The notes under the pieces were generated by a model. That model was given only the letters and a program-made list of their open reading frames with translations. It had not been told where the DNA came from and ran no database searches. A DNA stretch of 64,000 nt from the NCBI GenBank assembly GCA_944392955.1, contig CALXYK010000014.1, forward strand, positions 32,042 to 96,041, given 5' to 3'. This document shows, piece by piece, positions 11,306 to 20,971 of this stretch. Source of the DNA: an uncultured Alphaproteobacteria bacterium. Lineage in GTDB: Bacteria; Pseudomonadota; Alphaproteobacteria; Rs-D84; CACZYB01. The translations under genes were made by a program, and so were the position numbers. Numbering within the stretch: position 1 is the stretch's first letter; each line of letters starts with the position of its first letter.

Positions 11306-11335
11306 ACTCTTTATTTTTTCAAGAATGTATTTAAG

Positions 11336-11364
11336 ATTTTAAACATTTTTCTTTTAAATTGCAA
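11336..11364 (-). promoter_or_regulatory. Sigma70-type promoter for rimP-nusA-infB
   Basis: Minus strand: TTGCAA (11359-11364), 17-nt spacer, TAAAAT (11336-11341). Confidence 0.45.
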
Positions 11365-11409
11365 GAAAAAAATGTATAATACTTACATAATAAAAAAAGG
11401 AGTATAAAT

Positions 11410-12024
11410 ATGAATGAAATGATGGATTTGGTCCCTATGGTCGTAGAACAAACAGGACGTGGAGAAAGAAGTTATGATATCTTTTCCCGACTTTTGAAGG
11501 AACGTATCATATTTTTAAATGGCGAGGTAAACGATGTTTCATCCAGTTTGGTTGTGGCTCAACTTTTGTTTTTAGAATCAGAAAATCCTGATAAGGATAT
11601 ATATATGTATATAAATTCACCAGGCGGGGTAATTACTTCGGGTATGGCGATTTATGATACTATGCAATATATTAAACCTGATGTTGCCACCTTGTGTATT
11701 GGACAGGCTTGTTCCATGGGTTCTTTCTTACTTGCCGGAGGGGCAAAGGGAAAACGATTTTCCCTACCTAATTCAAGGATTATGATACATCAACCATTAG
11801 GTGGTTTCCAGGGACAGGCAACAGATATAGAAATTCATGCCAGAGAAATATTAAATATAAGAAGAAGAATGAACAAATTATATAGCGAACATTGTTCAAG
11901 ATCTTTGCAAGAAATAGAACAGGCTGTAGAAAGAGATAATTTTATGAGTGCGGAGGAGGCTAAAAACTTTGGCCTTATTGATAAAGTTATTGTAAATCGT
12001 GATGAGATAAAAACAGAACTTTAA
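11410..12024 (+). CDS. clpP: ATP-dependent Clp protease proteolytic subunit
   Basis: 204 aa with '[21 protein letters not shown]', catalytic Ser context '[11 protein letters not shown]' and 'IMIHQPLGG'. No clpX follows. Confidence 0.95.
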   Translation: MNEMMDLVPMVVEQTGRGERSYDIFSRLLKERIIFLNGEVNDVSSSLVVAQLLFLESENPDKDIYMYINSPGGVITSGMAIYDTMQYIKPDVATLCIGQACSMGSFLLAGGAKGKRFSLPNSRIMIHQPLGGFQGQATDIEIHAREILNIRRRMNKLYSEHCSRSLQEIEQAVERDNFMSAEEAKNFGLIDKVIVNRDEIKTEL

Positions 12025-12036
12025 TGAAACATTTAT

Positions 12037-12081
12037 AAAAAAACAAGAACTCAAATAAACCGAGTTCTTGTTTTATTTTTT
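12037..12081. terminator. Bidirectional intrinsic terminator between clpP and the convergent lipoprotein gene
   Basis: 9-bp stem CAAGAACTC/GAGTTCTTG (12044-12052 and 12062-12070), flanked by an A-run and a T-run. Confidence 0.65.
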
Positions 12082-12092
12082 GTAGTGTTTTT

Positions 12093-12782
12093 TTATTTTG
12101 TTATTTGCCCATCTTTTAGTTCAAAAGTTTCCTGTAATTCATCAAAACAATCATAAACCTTTATTGTGGCATTTTGTAATTGTTCCTTATACTTATCCGC
12201 AATAACAACCGAATTATCCTTTGTATTCAATGTAATAATTGGGGATGTATTTTCAGTCAAAGTATTATCATCAACTTTAATCATAAAATATCTGTTTAAT
12301 CCGTTTTGATTTTTTATACTATGTAAATTTTTATTACATACCTTAATATCTTCTACTATATTTTTATCATCTGTTGTTGTGCCGTTAAATGATGCAAAAG
12401 ATGAACTTTTGAAACTATATTGGAAATCAGTATCATTATTTTCAATAGAATCTATGCTTTTGTTTTCCTGTTCCAAAACTGATTTTATTTCACCATTTTT
12501 TAAGTATAATAAAATTGTCTCAGTGCTTTTGCTTACATCATTTCTTTGCTTATCCGAAGTGTTATTTATAGTTGAACTTTCTACCCTAATCCAACCATTA
12601 TATAGATTTCCATCCATATCATAATAAACTTCTTTGTTTTCTTCCTTTGGTTCTGATTCTGATGTAATAGTGTTAATTTCATTTACAACAACCTGGTTTT
12701 CATTTTGAGCAGTGTTTGTTGTAGTTTCTGGGTTTACACATCCAACTAATAATGACAAACATAATAAATTTACATATTTCAT
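12093..12782 (-). CDS. Hypothetical lipoprotein, last gene of the prfB operon
   Basis: The track ORF extends to 12857 and overlaps prfB. The internal start 'MKYVNLLCLSLLVGC' has a lipobox (LVGC) and AAGGAG 7 nt upstream. 'YYDMDGNLYNGW' is faintly MORN/YwqK-like. Confidence 0.6.
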   Translation of the reverse strand: MKYVNLLCLSLLVGCVNPETTTNTAQNENQVVVNEINTITSESEPKEENKEVYYDMDGNLYNGWIRVESSTINNTSDKQRNDVSKSTETILLYLKNGEIKSVLEQENKSIDSIENNDTDFQYSFKSSSFASFNGTTTDDKNIVEDIKVCNKNLHSIKNQNGLNRYFMIKVDDNTLTENTSPIITLNTKDNSVVIADKYKEQLQNATIKVYDCFDELQETFELKDGQITK

Positions 12783-12798
12783 TTTAGGCTCCTTTCGT

Positions 12799-13903
12799 TT
12801 ATTGTTTAATACTATTCCACAAAAGCGTACTGGAAAGAAAATCGTCAATATCTCCATCTAATACATTATTGATATTAGATGTTTCAAAACCAGTACGCAA
12901 GTCTTTTATCATTTGATATGGTTGAAATACATAAGAACGAATCTGTGATCCCCAACCTATTTCCGATTTAGAAGCATTTATTTTGGCTTCTTGCTCTGCT
13001 CTTTTTTCTAGTTCTAAATTATAAAGGCGGGATTTAAGCATACTGAATGCAACCTCTTTATTTTTAAATTGAGAACGTTCATTTTGGCATTGAACAACTA
13101 TTCCAGTTGGAATATGAGTTATACGAACTGCACTATCAGTTTTGTTAACATGTTGTCCACCAGCACCACTGGCCCTGTATGTATCTATTCTTAAATCTTT
13201 TTCTTCTATATGAATTTCTATTGTATCATCTATAACAGGATAAACCCAAACAGATGCAAAACTTGTATGACGACGAGCATTAGAGTCAAATGGTGAAATT
13301 CTAACTAATCTATGAATTCCGCTTTCTCCTTTTAGCCAACCATATACATTTTTTCCTGTAATCTCTATTGTTGCTGATTTGATACCCGCTTCGTCACCTG
13401 CATGAGATTCTATTATATTTATTTTATGTTTATGTTTTTCACCCCAACGAATATACATTCTCAACAACATTTCGGCCCAATCGCATGCCTCTGTCCCACC
13501 TGCCCCTGCATGAATTTCAAGATAGGCTGAGTTCTTATCGGCTTCGCCTGTTAGCATAAATTCAACCTTATCCTTTTCTAGATTATTTTTTAATTTTTGT
13601 AAATCGTCTTCAATATCAGAAATAAGATTGTCTTTATCTTCGCTTTCTGTTTCTAATAATTTAATAAGATCTTTTAGATTTTGAAACTCTTTTTTTCTAT
13701 CATAATAATGTTGTAATTTTTGTTCTGTATCGGATTTTTCGCTCATGACCTTTTGGGCATAAACTTTATCGTCCCAAAAATCTTCCTTTGAGGCAATAGT
13801 GTTTAATTCCTTTAATCTTGATTCAAGAAAAGGAATGTCAAAGACACCCCCTTATCTCTGAAAGTAAATTTTCAACTTCTGTACATAAAACTTCTAATAT
13901 CAT
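12799..13903 (-). CDS. prfB: Peptide chain release factor 2, requiring a programmed +1 frameshift
   Basis: The track shows only 12799..13746. An upstream ORF from ATG 13903 reads MILEVLCTEVENLLSEIRGCL-TGA. Skipping T13840 joins it in frame to DIPFLESRLKELN...MSEKSD... for about 367 aa in total. 'SGAGGQHVNKTDSAVRITH' (GGQ) is present. Confidence 0.9.
13838..13852 (-). promoter_or_regulatory. RF2 autoregulatory +1 frameshift site
   Basis: Minus strand reads AGG GGG TGT CTT TGA C. This is an internal SD-like AGGGGG, a 3-nt spacer, then slippery CTT followed by TGA-C, nearly identical to the E. coli prfB site. Confidence 0.9.
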
Positions 13904-15318
13904 TCTATCACCGCTTTACAATCTTTTACATAGTTAGATAAAGATTTATTACCATAAATTTGAGGTTTTGATAATTTTGATAATTCCCCATCAGAATTAA
14001 CAACTAATATCTGACAGGTTTTATCTGTTTGTTTTATTATAAATGTATCACCTTCTTGTAAATTACTGATAACATTATATAGTCCTGTATCTGTTGTTCC
14101 TACTCTTCCACCAAGGCCTGTTATAATTGCAACGTCTATACTATCTTGTGTTTCTGAGGTTCCGACATCGCCTGTTGCGATTATATTTAATAACCTTGCC
14201 CTTGCGGAATTTATACTGCTTACCCCTTCTATTGCATATATGTTATTTGTTGCATAAGAACCATTTAATTGTGGTGTGGTATCCCCATATTTATTATAGT
14301 CAAATTTCCTATCACGTTTGTATTTTGGATCGTTAATATCAACAAAGCCAATACCTTCGTAATATCTTAGTTCCATTCCATCATATTTTCCCTTTGGATC
14401 TTTTTGTATAGTAGGACTACCAGATATAGTGAAGTTTGATGCCCTGCGACCCAAATTATCACCAAAAGCATTTGCAAAACTATCTGCGGTTTCTGTTAGA
14501 AGATTTTCACGTTTATCCTCTGTAAACTGGTTAAGCGTTATTATGTCATAATTTTCTTCACCACAAGCCTGTCTTGCATCATATATGTATCCAGCAAGGA
14601 CTGCCTCTACCGCGGTTCTCCAATTTTCTGATTTATTTGTGAATTGAAGTGTTGAATAATTTTCTAATATCTGTGGAATATTTGATAAACTCATATCACC
14701 AGCAGACGCAAATTTAGAAGCCACATCTGGCATTTCACCACAGGTTTGTGTCATTAACTCTGAAAATTCAAAGAAATTTCCGTCATGTGCGATTGCTGCC
14801 GCATAACACTTTTTTGCAGCAGTTAACTTCTTATTAGCCAATATACATTTGCTGGATCCTTTTAATGCTGAATTTTCAACTATACTTTTTGATGAAAGCC
14901 ATTTTTCAAGAGCATAACTTTTATATGCATCGCAATTTTCCTTAAACTCACTAAATTTACTTATTCCAACGATTTTTGCCAACTGCATATCCATAGCATC
15001 ATAATATTCCGCCATAGTATAATCTTTACAATCGGCATAAACACCACCATTATCAACATTGTTTTCATTATAACATTCACTATCCAAACCCAATATATAT
15101 TTAGAAGTACAATCTTCCTGTGTATATTCTTGGCTATTGTTGGAAGAAGATGATGATGATGAAATATTTGAAGTAGTTCTTGAAGAAGATGATGTAGTTC
15201 GTCTTGAAATAGTAGATGAAGAACCTGTCCTTACATCAGCAGCAAACGAACTTGCAACAGGAAATACAGAAAAAATCATTAAATTCCAAAAAATAAAACT
15301 ACATGATGGCTTTTTCAT
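13900..15318 (-). CDS. Hypothetical secreted protein with a Ser/Thr-rich linker and about 10 Cys
   Basis: 472 aa. Signal peptide 'MKKPSCSFIFWNLMIFSVFPVASSFAADV', then the low-complexity stretch 'SSSTISRRTTSSSSRTTSNISSSSSSS'. I recognise no domain. Its TGA stop overlaps the prfB ATG (ATGA). Confidence 0.6.
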   Translation of the reverse strand: MKKPSCSFIFWNLMIFSVFPVASSFAADVRTGSSSTISRRTTSSSSRTTSNISSSSSSSNNSQEYTQEDCTSKYILGLDSECYNENNVDNGGVYADCKDYTMAEYYDAMDMQLAKIVGISKFSEFKENCDAYKSYALEKWLSSKSIVENSALKGSSKCILANKKLTAAKKCYAAAIAHDGNFFEFSELMTQTCGEMPDVASKFASAGDMSLSNIPQILENYSTLQFTNKSENWRTAVEAVLAGYIYDARQACGEENYDIITLNQFTEDKRENLLTETADSFANAFGDNLGRRASNFTISGSPTIQKDPKGKYDGMELRYYEGIGFVDINDPKYKRDRKFDYNKYGDTTPQLNGSYATNNIYAIEGVSSINSARARLLNIIATGDVGTSETQDSIDVAIITGLGGRVGTTDTGLYNVISNLQEGDTFIIKQTDKTCQILVVNSDGELSKLSKPQIYGNKSLSNYVKDCKAVIE

Positions 15319-15498
15319 ACAAACTCTCCTTAACCCTTTTATTATTGTTTATTTTACCTTTTTTTTAGACTTTTTTCAAGATGTAATTTATATTTTTATT
15401 TTTTTTGTAATTTCTATTGAAAAAAGTCTTATAATGTTGCAATATCTCTGTAATAATTAAGATTAAAATTTTACTATGAGTAAAAGAAAGGAATAAAA

Positions 15499-18132
15499 AT
15501 GAAACTTAATGATATTAGGAAGTTGTATACAGGTTTTTTTGTAAGCAAAGGCCATAAATTGGTAAAATCAAGTTCTTTGATACCTGATAACGACCCTACT
15601 TTGCTTTTTACAAATGCAGGAATGGTTCAATTTAAAGATGTCTTCACAGGTAAAGAAAAAAGAGATTATACAAGGGCTACTACTGCCCAAAAATGTCTTC
15701 GTGCAGGTGGAAAGCATAATGACTTAGATAATGTTGGTTATACAAACAGACATCATACTTTCTTTGAAATGTTGGGGAATTTCTCTTTTGGAGATTATTT
15801 TAAGGAACAGGCAATATCTTATGCATGGGAATTTATTTCAAAAGAACTAAAACTTCCAAAGGACAAACTTTATTTCACCGTATATCCAGAAGATACGGAG
15901 GCAAGAGAACTTTGGAAAAAAATTGCAAATGTAGATGATAATAGAGTTATAGGTATTACTGATAATCTATGGTCTATGGGTGATGTGGGACCTTGTGGAT
16001 TTGATACTGAAATATTCTATGATAAGGGCGAACATGTAAAGGGGGGCTTGCCTGGCTCTCCTGATGAAGACGGGGACAGATATATTGAAATATGGAATAA
16101 TGTATTTATGCAATATGAAACCTTACCTGATGGAAGGAAAATTGAACTTAAAAATAAAAACATAGATACAGGTATGGGATTGGAAAGAATAGCTTCTGTT
16201 ATGCAGGGAGTAGATGATAATTTTGATATAGATTTATTTAAAAACCTTATCAATTATATAGAAGATACACTTGCGATTAAAAAAACAGACTCAAACGTTG
16301 TTTCTTTTAAGGTAATTGCAGATCATATAAGGGCATGCTCTTTCTTGATTGCTGAGGGACTTTTGCCTTCTAATGAAGGTAGAGGTTATGTCCTTCGTCG
16401 TATAATGAGGCGTGCTTTGCGCCATATAAATATGTTGGGTATTAAACAACCTGTTTTCTATAAAATCTTTGATAATGTAAAAGATCAGATGGGTGATGTT
16501 TATCCTGAACTTATTGAAGCAGAAAAACTTATTAAAGATACTATCAAAACCGAAGAAGAAAATTTCGGACAAACATTAGATGCCGGACTTAAAATCCTTG
16601 AAGATGAAGTGTCTAAAATAAGTGGAAATGTATTAAGTGGCGAAAGTGCTTTCAAATTATATGACACTTATGGTTTTCCATTGGATTTGACTGCTGATAT
16701 TTTAAGAAGCAGAAATATCTCGGTTGATGTAGATGGTTTTAATAAAGCAATGCAAAAACAAAGGTTAAAATCCAAACAACATTCTAATTTCAAAGGTGAA
16801 GCAGGACAACAAAAAATATGGTATGATGTAAAGGAAAAAGTTGGCTATACAAACTTCGTAGGATATGGTGAATTAACCTCTTCTTCTGTTATAAAATCTA
16901 TTGTTAAAAACGGGGAAATGGTTAACGAAGCAACCCCCGAGACAGAGCAAGATAACATCTTTATAATAGTTGATAAAACTCCTTTTTATGCAGAATGTGG
17001 TGGACAGATATCAGATATAGGAACAGCAGAAATAAATAAAAAATCATACAAAATTTCTGATGTAAAGAAAAATGTCGGCGATGTTTATTTCCACAAAATT
17101 CATTTATCTGTTGGGGATAAAATTTCTGTTGGGGATAGTGTTGTTTTAAAGGTAGATACTGATTATAGACATAAGGTTATGGCTAATCACTCTGCTACAC
17201 ACTTACTACAAAAAGCATTGCAAGAAGTTATTGGAAAATCTGTTATGCAAAAGGGGTCGTGGGTTGGAAGTGATGCCTTGCGTTTTGACTTTTCTAACCC
17301 AAAAGCATTAACTCAGGAACAAATATTTCAAGTAGAAAAATTAGTTAATAAATATATATCTGAACATTTAGATATAACTAAAAAAGAAATGCCTATTGAT
17401 GAAGCAAAAGCAAGTGGGGCTATGGCTTTGTTTGGTGAAAAATATGGTGATATTGTAAGAGTTGTAAATATGGGCGGTGTTTCAATAGAACTTTGTGGTG
17501 GAACTCATTGTAATAATACCTCTGAAATTGGTTTCTTTAAAATATTAAAAGAAGAATCTATTGCATCTGGTATAAGAAGGATTGAAGCAATTACTTCTGA
17601 TAAGGCTTTTGATTTAGCAAAACAATATGGTTTAGATATTAACAAAAGTCCTGATGTTTTAATAGGGGAACTACAAAACAAAATTTCCGAAGAAAAATTA
17701 AAGGAACAAGACAAATTAGCACAAGAATTTGAAGAAAAAAGAAAATTAGAAATAGAAAATCAAAATAAACAAATTGATTACGTTGTAAAATCTGTGAAAA
17801 AAGAAAAAATCAAAGATATAGATTTTGTTTATGGTGTATTTGATAATGTATCACCTAAAAACCTTAAACCTTCGGTTGATAAGTTAAAATCTAAAAGCAA
17901 TATGTTATTAACTTTGATTTCAACAGAAAATAAAAAAGTCTCTGTTATAATCGCAGTAAGTGAGGATTTGACTGATACAATATCTGCTGTGGATATAGTT
18001 AAAAAGGCTTCTGTCTTATTAGGTGGAAACGGCGGTGGTGGAAGACCTGATTTAGCACAAGCCGGCGGTGTAGATATGTCAAAAACAGATGATGTAATAA
18101 AAATGTGTAAGGATATTTTACAAAATATTTAG
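15499..18132 (+). CDS. alaS: Alanine--tRNA ligase
   Basis: 877 aa with 'FTNAGMVQFK', 'HHTFFEMLGNFSFGDYFK', editing-domain 'HSATHLL' and 'CGGTHC'. Confidence 0.95.
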   Translation: MKLNDIRKLYTGFFVSKGHKLVKSSSLIPDNDPTLLFTNAGMVQFKDVFTGKEKRDYTRATTAQKCLRAGGKHNDLDNVGYTNRHHTFFEMLGNFSFGDYFKEQAISYAWEFISKELKLPKDKLYFTVYPEDTEARELWKKIANVDDNRVIGITDNLWSMGDVGPCGFDTEIFYDKGEHVKGGLPGSPDEDGDRYIEIWNNVFMQYETLPDGRKIELKNKNIDTGMGLERIASVMQGVDDNFDIDLFKNLINYIEDTLAIKKTDSNVVSFKVIADHIRACSFLIAEGLLPSNEGRGYVLRRIMRRALRHINMLGIKQPVFYKIFDNVKDQMGDVYPELIEAEKLIKDTIKTEEENFGQTLDAGLKILEDEVSKISGNVLSGESAFKLYDTYGFPLDLTADILRSRNISVDVDGFNKAMQKQRLKSKQHSNFKGEAGQQKIWYDVKEKVGYTNFVGYGELTSSSVIKSIVKNGEMVNEATPETEQDNIFIIVDKTPFYAECGGQISDIGTAEINKKSYKISDVKKNVGDVYFHKIHLSVGDKISVGDSVVLKVDTDYRHKVMANHSATHLLQKALQEVIGKSVMQKGSWVGSDALRFDFSNPKALTQEQIFQVEKLVNKYISEHLDITKKEMPIDEAKASGAMALFGEKYGDIVRVVNMGGVSIELCGGTHCNNTSEIGFFKILKEESIASGIRRIEAITSDKAFDLAKQYGLDINKSPDVLIGELQNKISEEKLKEQDKLAQEFEEKRKLEIENQNKQIDYVVKSVKKEKIKDIDFVYGVFDNVSPKNLKPSVDKLKSKSNMLLTLISTENKKVSVIIAVSEDLTDTISAVDIVKKASVLLGGNGGGGRPDLAQAGGVDMSKTDDVIKMCKDILQNI

Positions 18133-18141
18133 GAGTCTAAA

Positions 18142-19350
18142 ATGAATAAAAAAGTTGTGGCAGTTTTTTTTGGAGGAAAGTCCTTTGAACATGATGTAAG
18201 TATTTTAACTGGATTACAAGCAATACAGGTAATGGATATAACAAAATATCAGCCTATGCCTGTTTATGTGGATATTGATGGGAAATGGTGGACAGGAAAG
18301 CAATTATTAAATATGAAAAATTACCCTATAAATGGTGAATTAAAAAAACAACTAACTCAGATAACAATATCAGTTGGAAATCCTACAACATCTCCTAAAT
18401 TTGAAGTAGTAAATAAAAAATTATTTCAAAATAAATATATTGACTTTGATATTGCATTTTTTGCATTTCATGGAAATGTTGGTGAAAATGGCCCTATGCA
18501 AGGTGTTATGGAAGTAGCAAACATTCCATATACTGGCGCTGATGTATTATCTTCTGCTGTGTATATGAGTAAAACAGAAACAAAGTCTATTTGCAGAGCC
18601 TTAGGCATAAATGTATTAAATGAAGTGATTGTAAAAAAGCCTGCAATCTTTGAAAACTTTGATATACAAAAATTAACAAGTAATATAGATATCAAATTTC
18701 CTGTATTTGTAAAACCTGCAAATTTAGGCAGTTCTATTGGCGTATCAAAGGCTAGTAATACAGAAGAATTACAGGCAGCAATTCTGTCTGTATTCAGGTT
18801 AGATGATGAAGTAATTATAGAGCCTTTTGTAGAAAATCTTAAAGAATACAATGTCGCTGTTATGAAAAATCTTGATGGAGAAATTATAACCTCTGTTATT
18901 GAAACACCTGTAAATAAAAATGATTTTCTTGATTTCAAAGATAAATATCTAGCAGATGGCGGTGCAAAAAAAACAGGGCCTGTAAAATTGGCTGTGCCAT
19001 CAGAAGGTTTGCTTTCCATGGGACGAGAATTTGCACCAGATATACCTAATGATATGCAAAATTTTATAAAGGAATCAGCAAAAAAATTGTTTTCTTATAT
19101 GGGGGCAACTGGAAACCCAAGGATAGATTTCCTTTGTAATTCCAAAACGGGTGAACTTTGGTTAAACGAGGTTAACCCTATTCCTGGTTCATTTGCATTT
19201 TACCTTTGGGAAAAATCAAAGCAAAGGATAAACTATTCAAAGTTAGTAGATATTATCATACAAAATGGTTTTAAAAATTTTGAAAGGAAAAATAAACAGG
19301 TTGATTTAAAATCTTCGGCATCAGTGATATTTAAAAACCTAAACAAATAA
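18142..19350 (+). CDS. ddl: D-alanine--D-alanine ligase (long form)
   Basis: 402 aa ATP-grasp protein with 'VAVFFGGKSFEHDVSILTG', 'VFVKPANLGSSIGVSKA' and 'RIDFLCNSKTGELWLNEVNPIPG'. It carries about 20 extra residues after 'FKDKYL' compared with E. coli DdlB. Confidence 0.85.
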   Translation: MNKKVVAVFFGGKSFEHDVSILTGLQAIQVMDITKYQPMPVYVDIDGKWWTGKQLLNMKNYPINGELKKQLTQITISVGNPTTSPKFEVVNKKLFQNKYIDFDIAFFAFHGNVGENGPMQGVMEVANIPYTGADVLSSAVYMSKTETKSICRALGINVLNEVIVKKPAIFENFDIQKLTSNIDIKFPVFVKPANLGSSIGVSKASNTEELQAAILSVFRLDDEVIIEPFVENLKEYNVAVMKNLDGEIITSVIETPVNKNDFLDFKDKYLADGGAKKTGPVKLAVPSEGLLSMGREFAPDIPNDMQNFIKESAKKLFSYMGATGNPRIDFLCNSKTGELWLNEVNPIPGSFAFYLWEKSKQRINYSKLVDIIIQNGFKNFERKNKQVDLKSSASVIFKNLNK

Positions 19351-19377
19351 AAAAACTCCGTAGCAGGAGTTTTTTTA
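19351..19377. terminator. Bidirectional terminator between ddl and the convergent murF-like gene
   Basis: AAAAACTCC-GTAGCA-GGAGTTTTT. Confidence 0.65.
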
Positions 19378-20967
19378 TATATTTATTTTGTTTTCAAACA
19401 CATCTGGCAAGTCGTTTTCGTATAAAATCACATCATTGCTATTTGCATTTAGGCGTAGCCATTCTTGCCCTTCTTTTAGACTATTAACCAATATGATTTC
19501 TTGCTTATCACTTTTATTAGATTTGAAAGTATCTACAAAACTTTTTATACGATCTGGCACAACTGCAATAACAATATCACATGTTTTAACTGCCTTTAAT
19601 GCAACTTTTTCATGTTGGGAATCATGTTGAGGACCAAGTTCAACCATTCCTGGGGTTATTAAAATTGCCCTTCCATTGCTTTGGTGTGCCAAAAGGTTTA
19701 ATGTATCTAATCCAGACTCAAAACCATTTAGATTAGAGTTAAATGCATCATCAATTATAGTTGGACCATTTAGTTGTTTTTTGACTTCTAATCTATGTTC
19801 TATTTGCGGGAGGGTTTTTAACCCTGCTAAAATTGTTTCTGGTAAAACACCTAATTTCAATGCCATTATAAAGGCAATGGAAATATTATAGGCCTGATGT
19901 TCTCCGAAAATAGGAGCCTGAATATCATATTTGTTTTTGCAATAATCCAATGTAAATGATATTCCATTAAATGTTGTTTTAAGGTTTTCTATTTTAAAAT
20001 CGGTTGCAGATGCATGATATTTTTTTATATATTTATCTTCAACTGAATAAGGATTTATTATGTATGTTCCATCATTATTTTGAACAGATTTAATTAAATC
20101 AAATTTTTCCTTTGCAATAGCATCTTTGGTTTTAAAATTTTCTACATGTGCAAATCCTATTGCGGTTAAAATTCCGTATTTAGGTTTTACCAAATTACAT
20201 ATTTTTTTGATTTTACCTTTGCTAGAAGTGCCTATCTCTACTATAAAATACTTATATGGTTGATTAAATTCTTCCCTTATAAATTTTGTAACTCCCATAA
20301 GTGTATTTACACTTCTGCTGGTGGCTATGGATGAAGAAACACTTGATAAAATATGTTGTAATATATTTTTGGTGCTGGTTTTACCGAACGATCCTGTAAT
20401 GCCTATTATTACAGGATTAAAGTCTTTTAATATTTTTTTTGCTTCTGATAAATATTTATGCCTTATAAAAATTTCAAGTGGGCTTATTACTATCTTTCCA
20501 ATCATAAGGGTAAATGGTAAACTTTGGATAAGTAAAATTAAATATCCCATAATCTCACAAAAACAATAAATATTTTTTGTATTTAATGTGTAGGTATAAT
20601 AAAACAATTTCGCGGATAAAATAAATGTTGTTAGTAATGAAACAAAAAGTATTTTTTTCATCTTTGAGGTTAATGATAATTTTACTTTTGTAGACTTACT
20701 TTTCGGATTAGGAGTCATAACTCCAAACAAAATAAATAAGACTGATAAAATTACAATATCTAAATTATAGATTTTTGTACCTGTTGCAAAGATAGTATAT
20801 AAAAATAAAATCAATGATAATTTTTTATCTATTAACTGAAATTTATTAAAGATAAATTTAGTAAATTTTTTGTTGTTATACCTTTCCTGTTGAAAGAAAA
20901 GGGAATAAAACAAAGTTCGTTTATATGCAAAAAATAAAAATGAAATAAATGCAATTACTATATACAT
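19375..20967 (-). CDS. murF: MurF-like Mur ligase with a polytopic N-terminal membrane domain
   Basis: 530 aa. Residues 1 to about 165 form about 5 hydrophobic helices. Then come Mur-ligase motifs 'IGITGSFGKTSTKNIL', 'GFAHVENF', 'DDAFNSN' and 'ITPGMVELG' (compare MurF GDMLELG). Confidence 0.7.
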   Translation of the reverse strand: MYIVIAFISFLFFAYKRTLFYSLFFQQERYNNKKFTKFIFNKFQLIDKKLSLILFLYTIFATGTKIYNLDIVILSVLFILFGVMTPNPKSKSTKVKLSLTSKMKKILFVSLLTTFILSAKLFYYTYTLNTKNIYCFCEIMGYLILLIQSLPFTLMIGKIVISPLEIFIRHKYLSEAKKILKDFNPVIIGITGSFGKTSTKNILQHILSSVSSSIATSRSVNTLMGVTKFIREEFNQPYKYFIVEIGTSSKGKIKKICNLVKPKYGILTAIGFAHVENFKTKDAIAKEKFDLIKSVQNNDGTYIINPYSVEDKYIKKYHASATDFKIENLKTTFNGISFTLDYCKNKYDIQAPIFGEHQAYNISIAFIMALKLGVLPETILAGLKTLPQIEHRLEVKKQLNGPTIIDDAFNSNLNGFESGLDTLNLLAHQSNGRAILITPGMVELGPQHDSQHEKVALKAVKTCDIVIAVVPDRIKSFVDTFKSNKSDKQEIILVNSLKEGQEWLRLNANSNDVILYENDLPDVFENKINI

Positions 20968-20971
20968 ATTA

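Noticed and set aside
11341-11409. clpP promoter assignment, and a heat-shock (sigma32) promoter, upstream of clpP.
   Set aside because: TTGCAA and TATAAT are only 10 nt apart on the plus strand, so they are not a valid sigma70 pair. I could not identify a convincing sigma32-type motif, so no promoter is reported for clpP.
12783-12857. Longer start of the lipoprotein ORF (12857) overlapping the prfB 3' end by 59 nt.
   Set aside because: The internal Met at 12782 is preceded by AAGGAG and starts directly with a signal peptide and lipobox. The extension (MEILTIFFPVRFCGIVLNNKRKEPK) is just the alternate frame of prfB.
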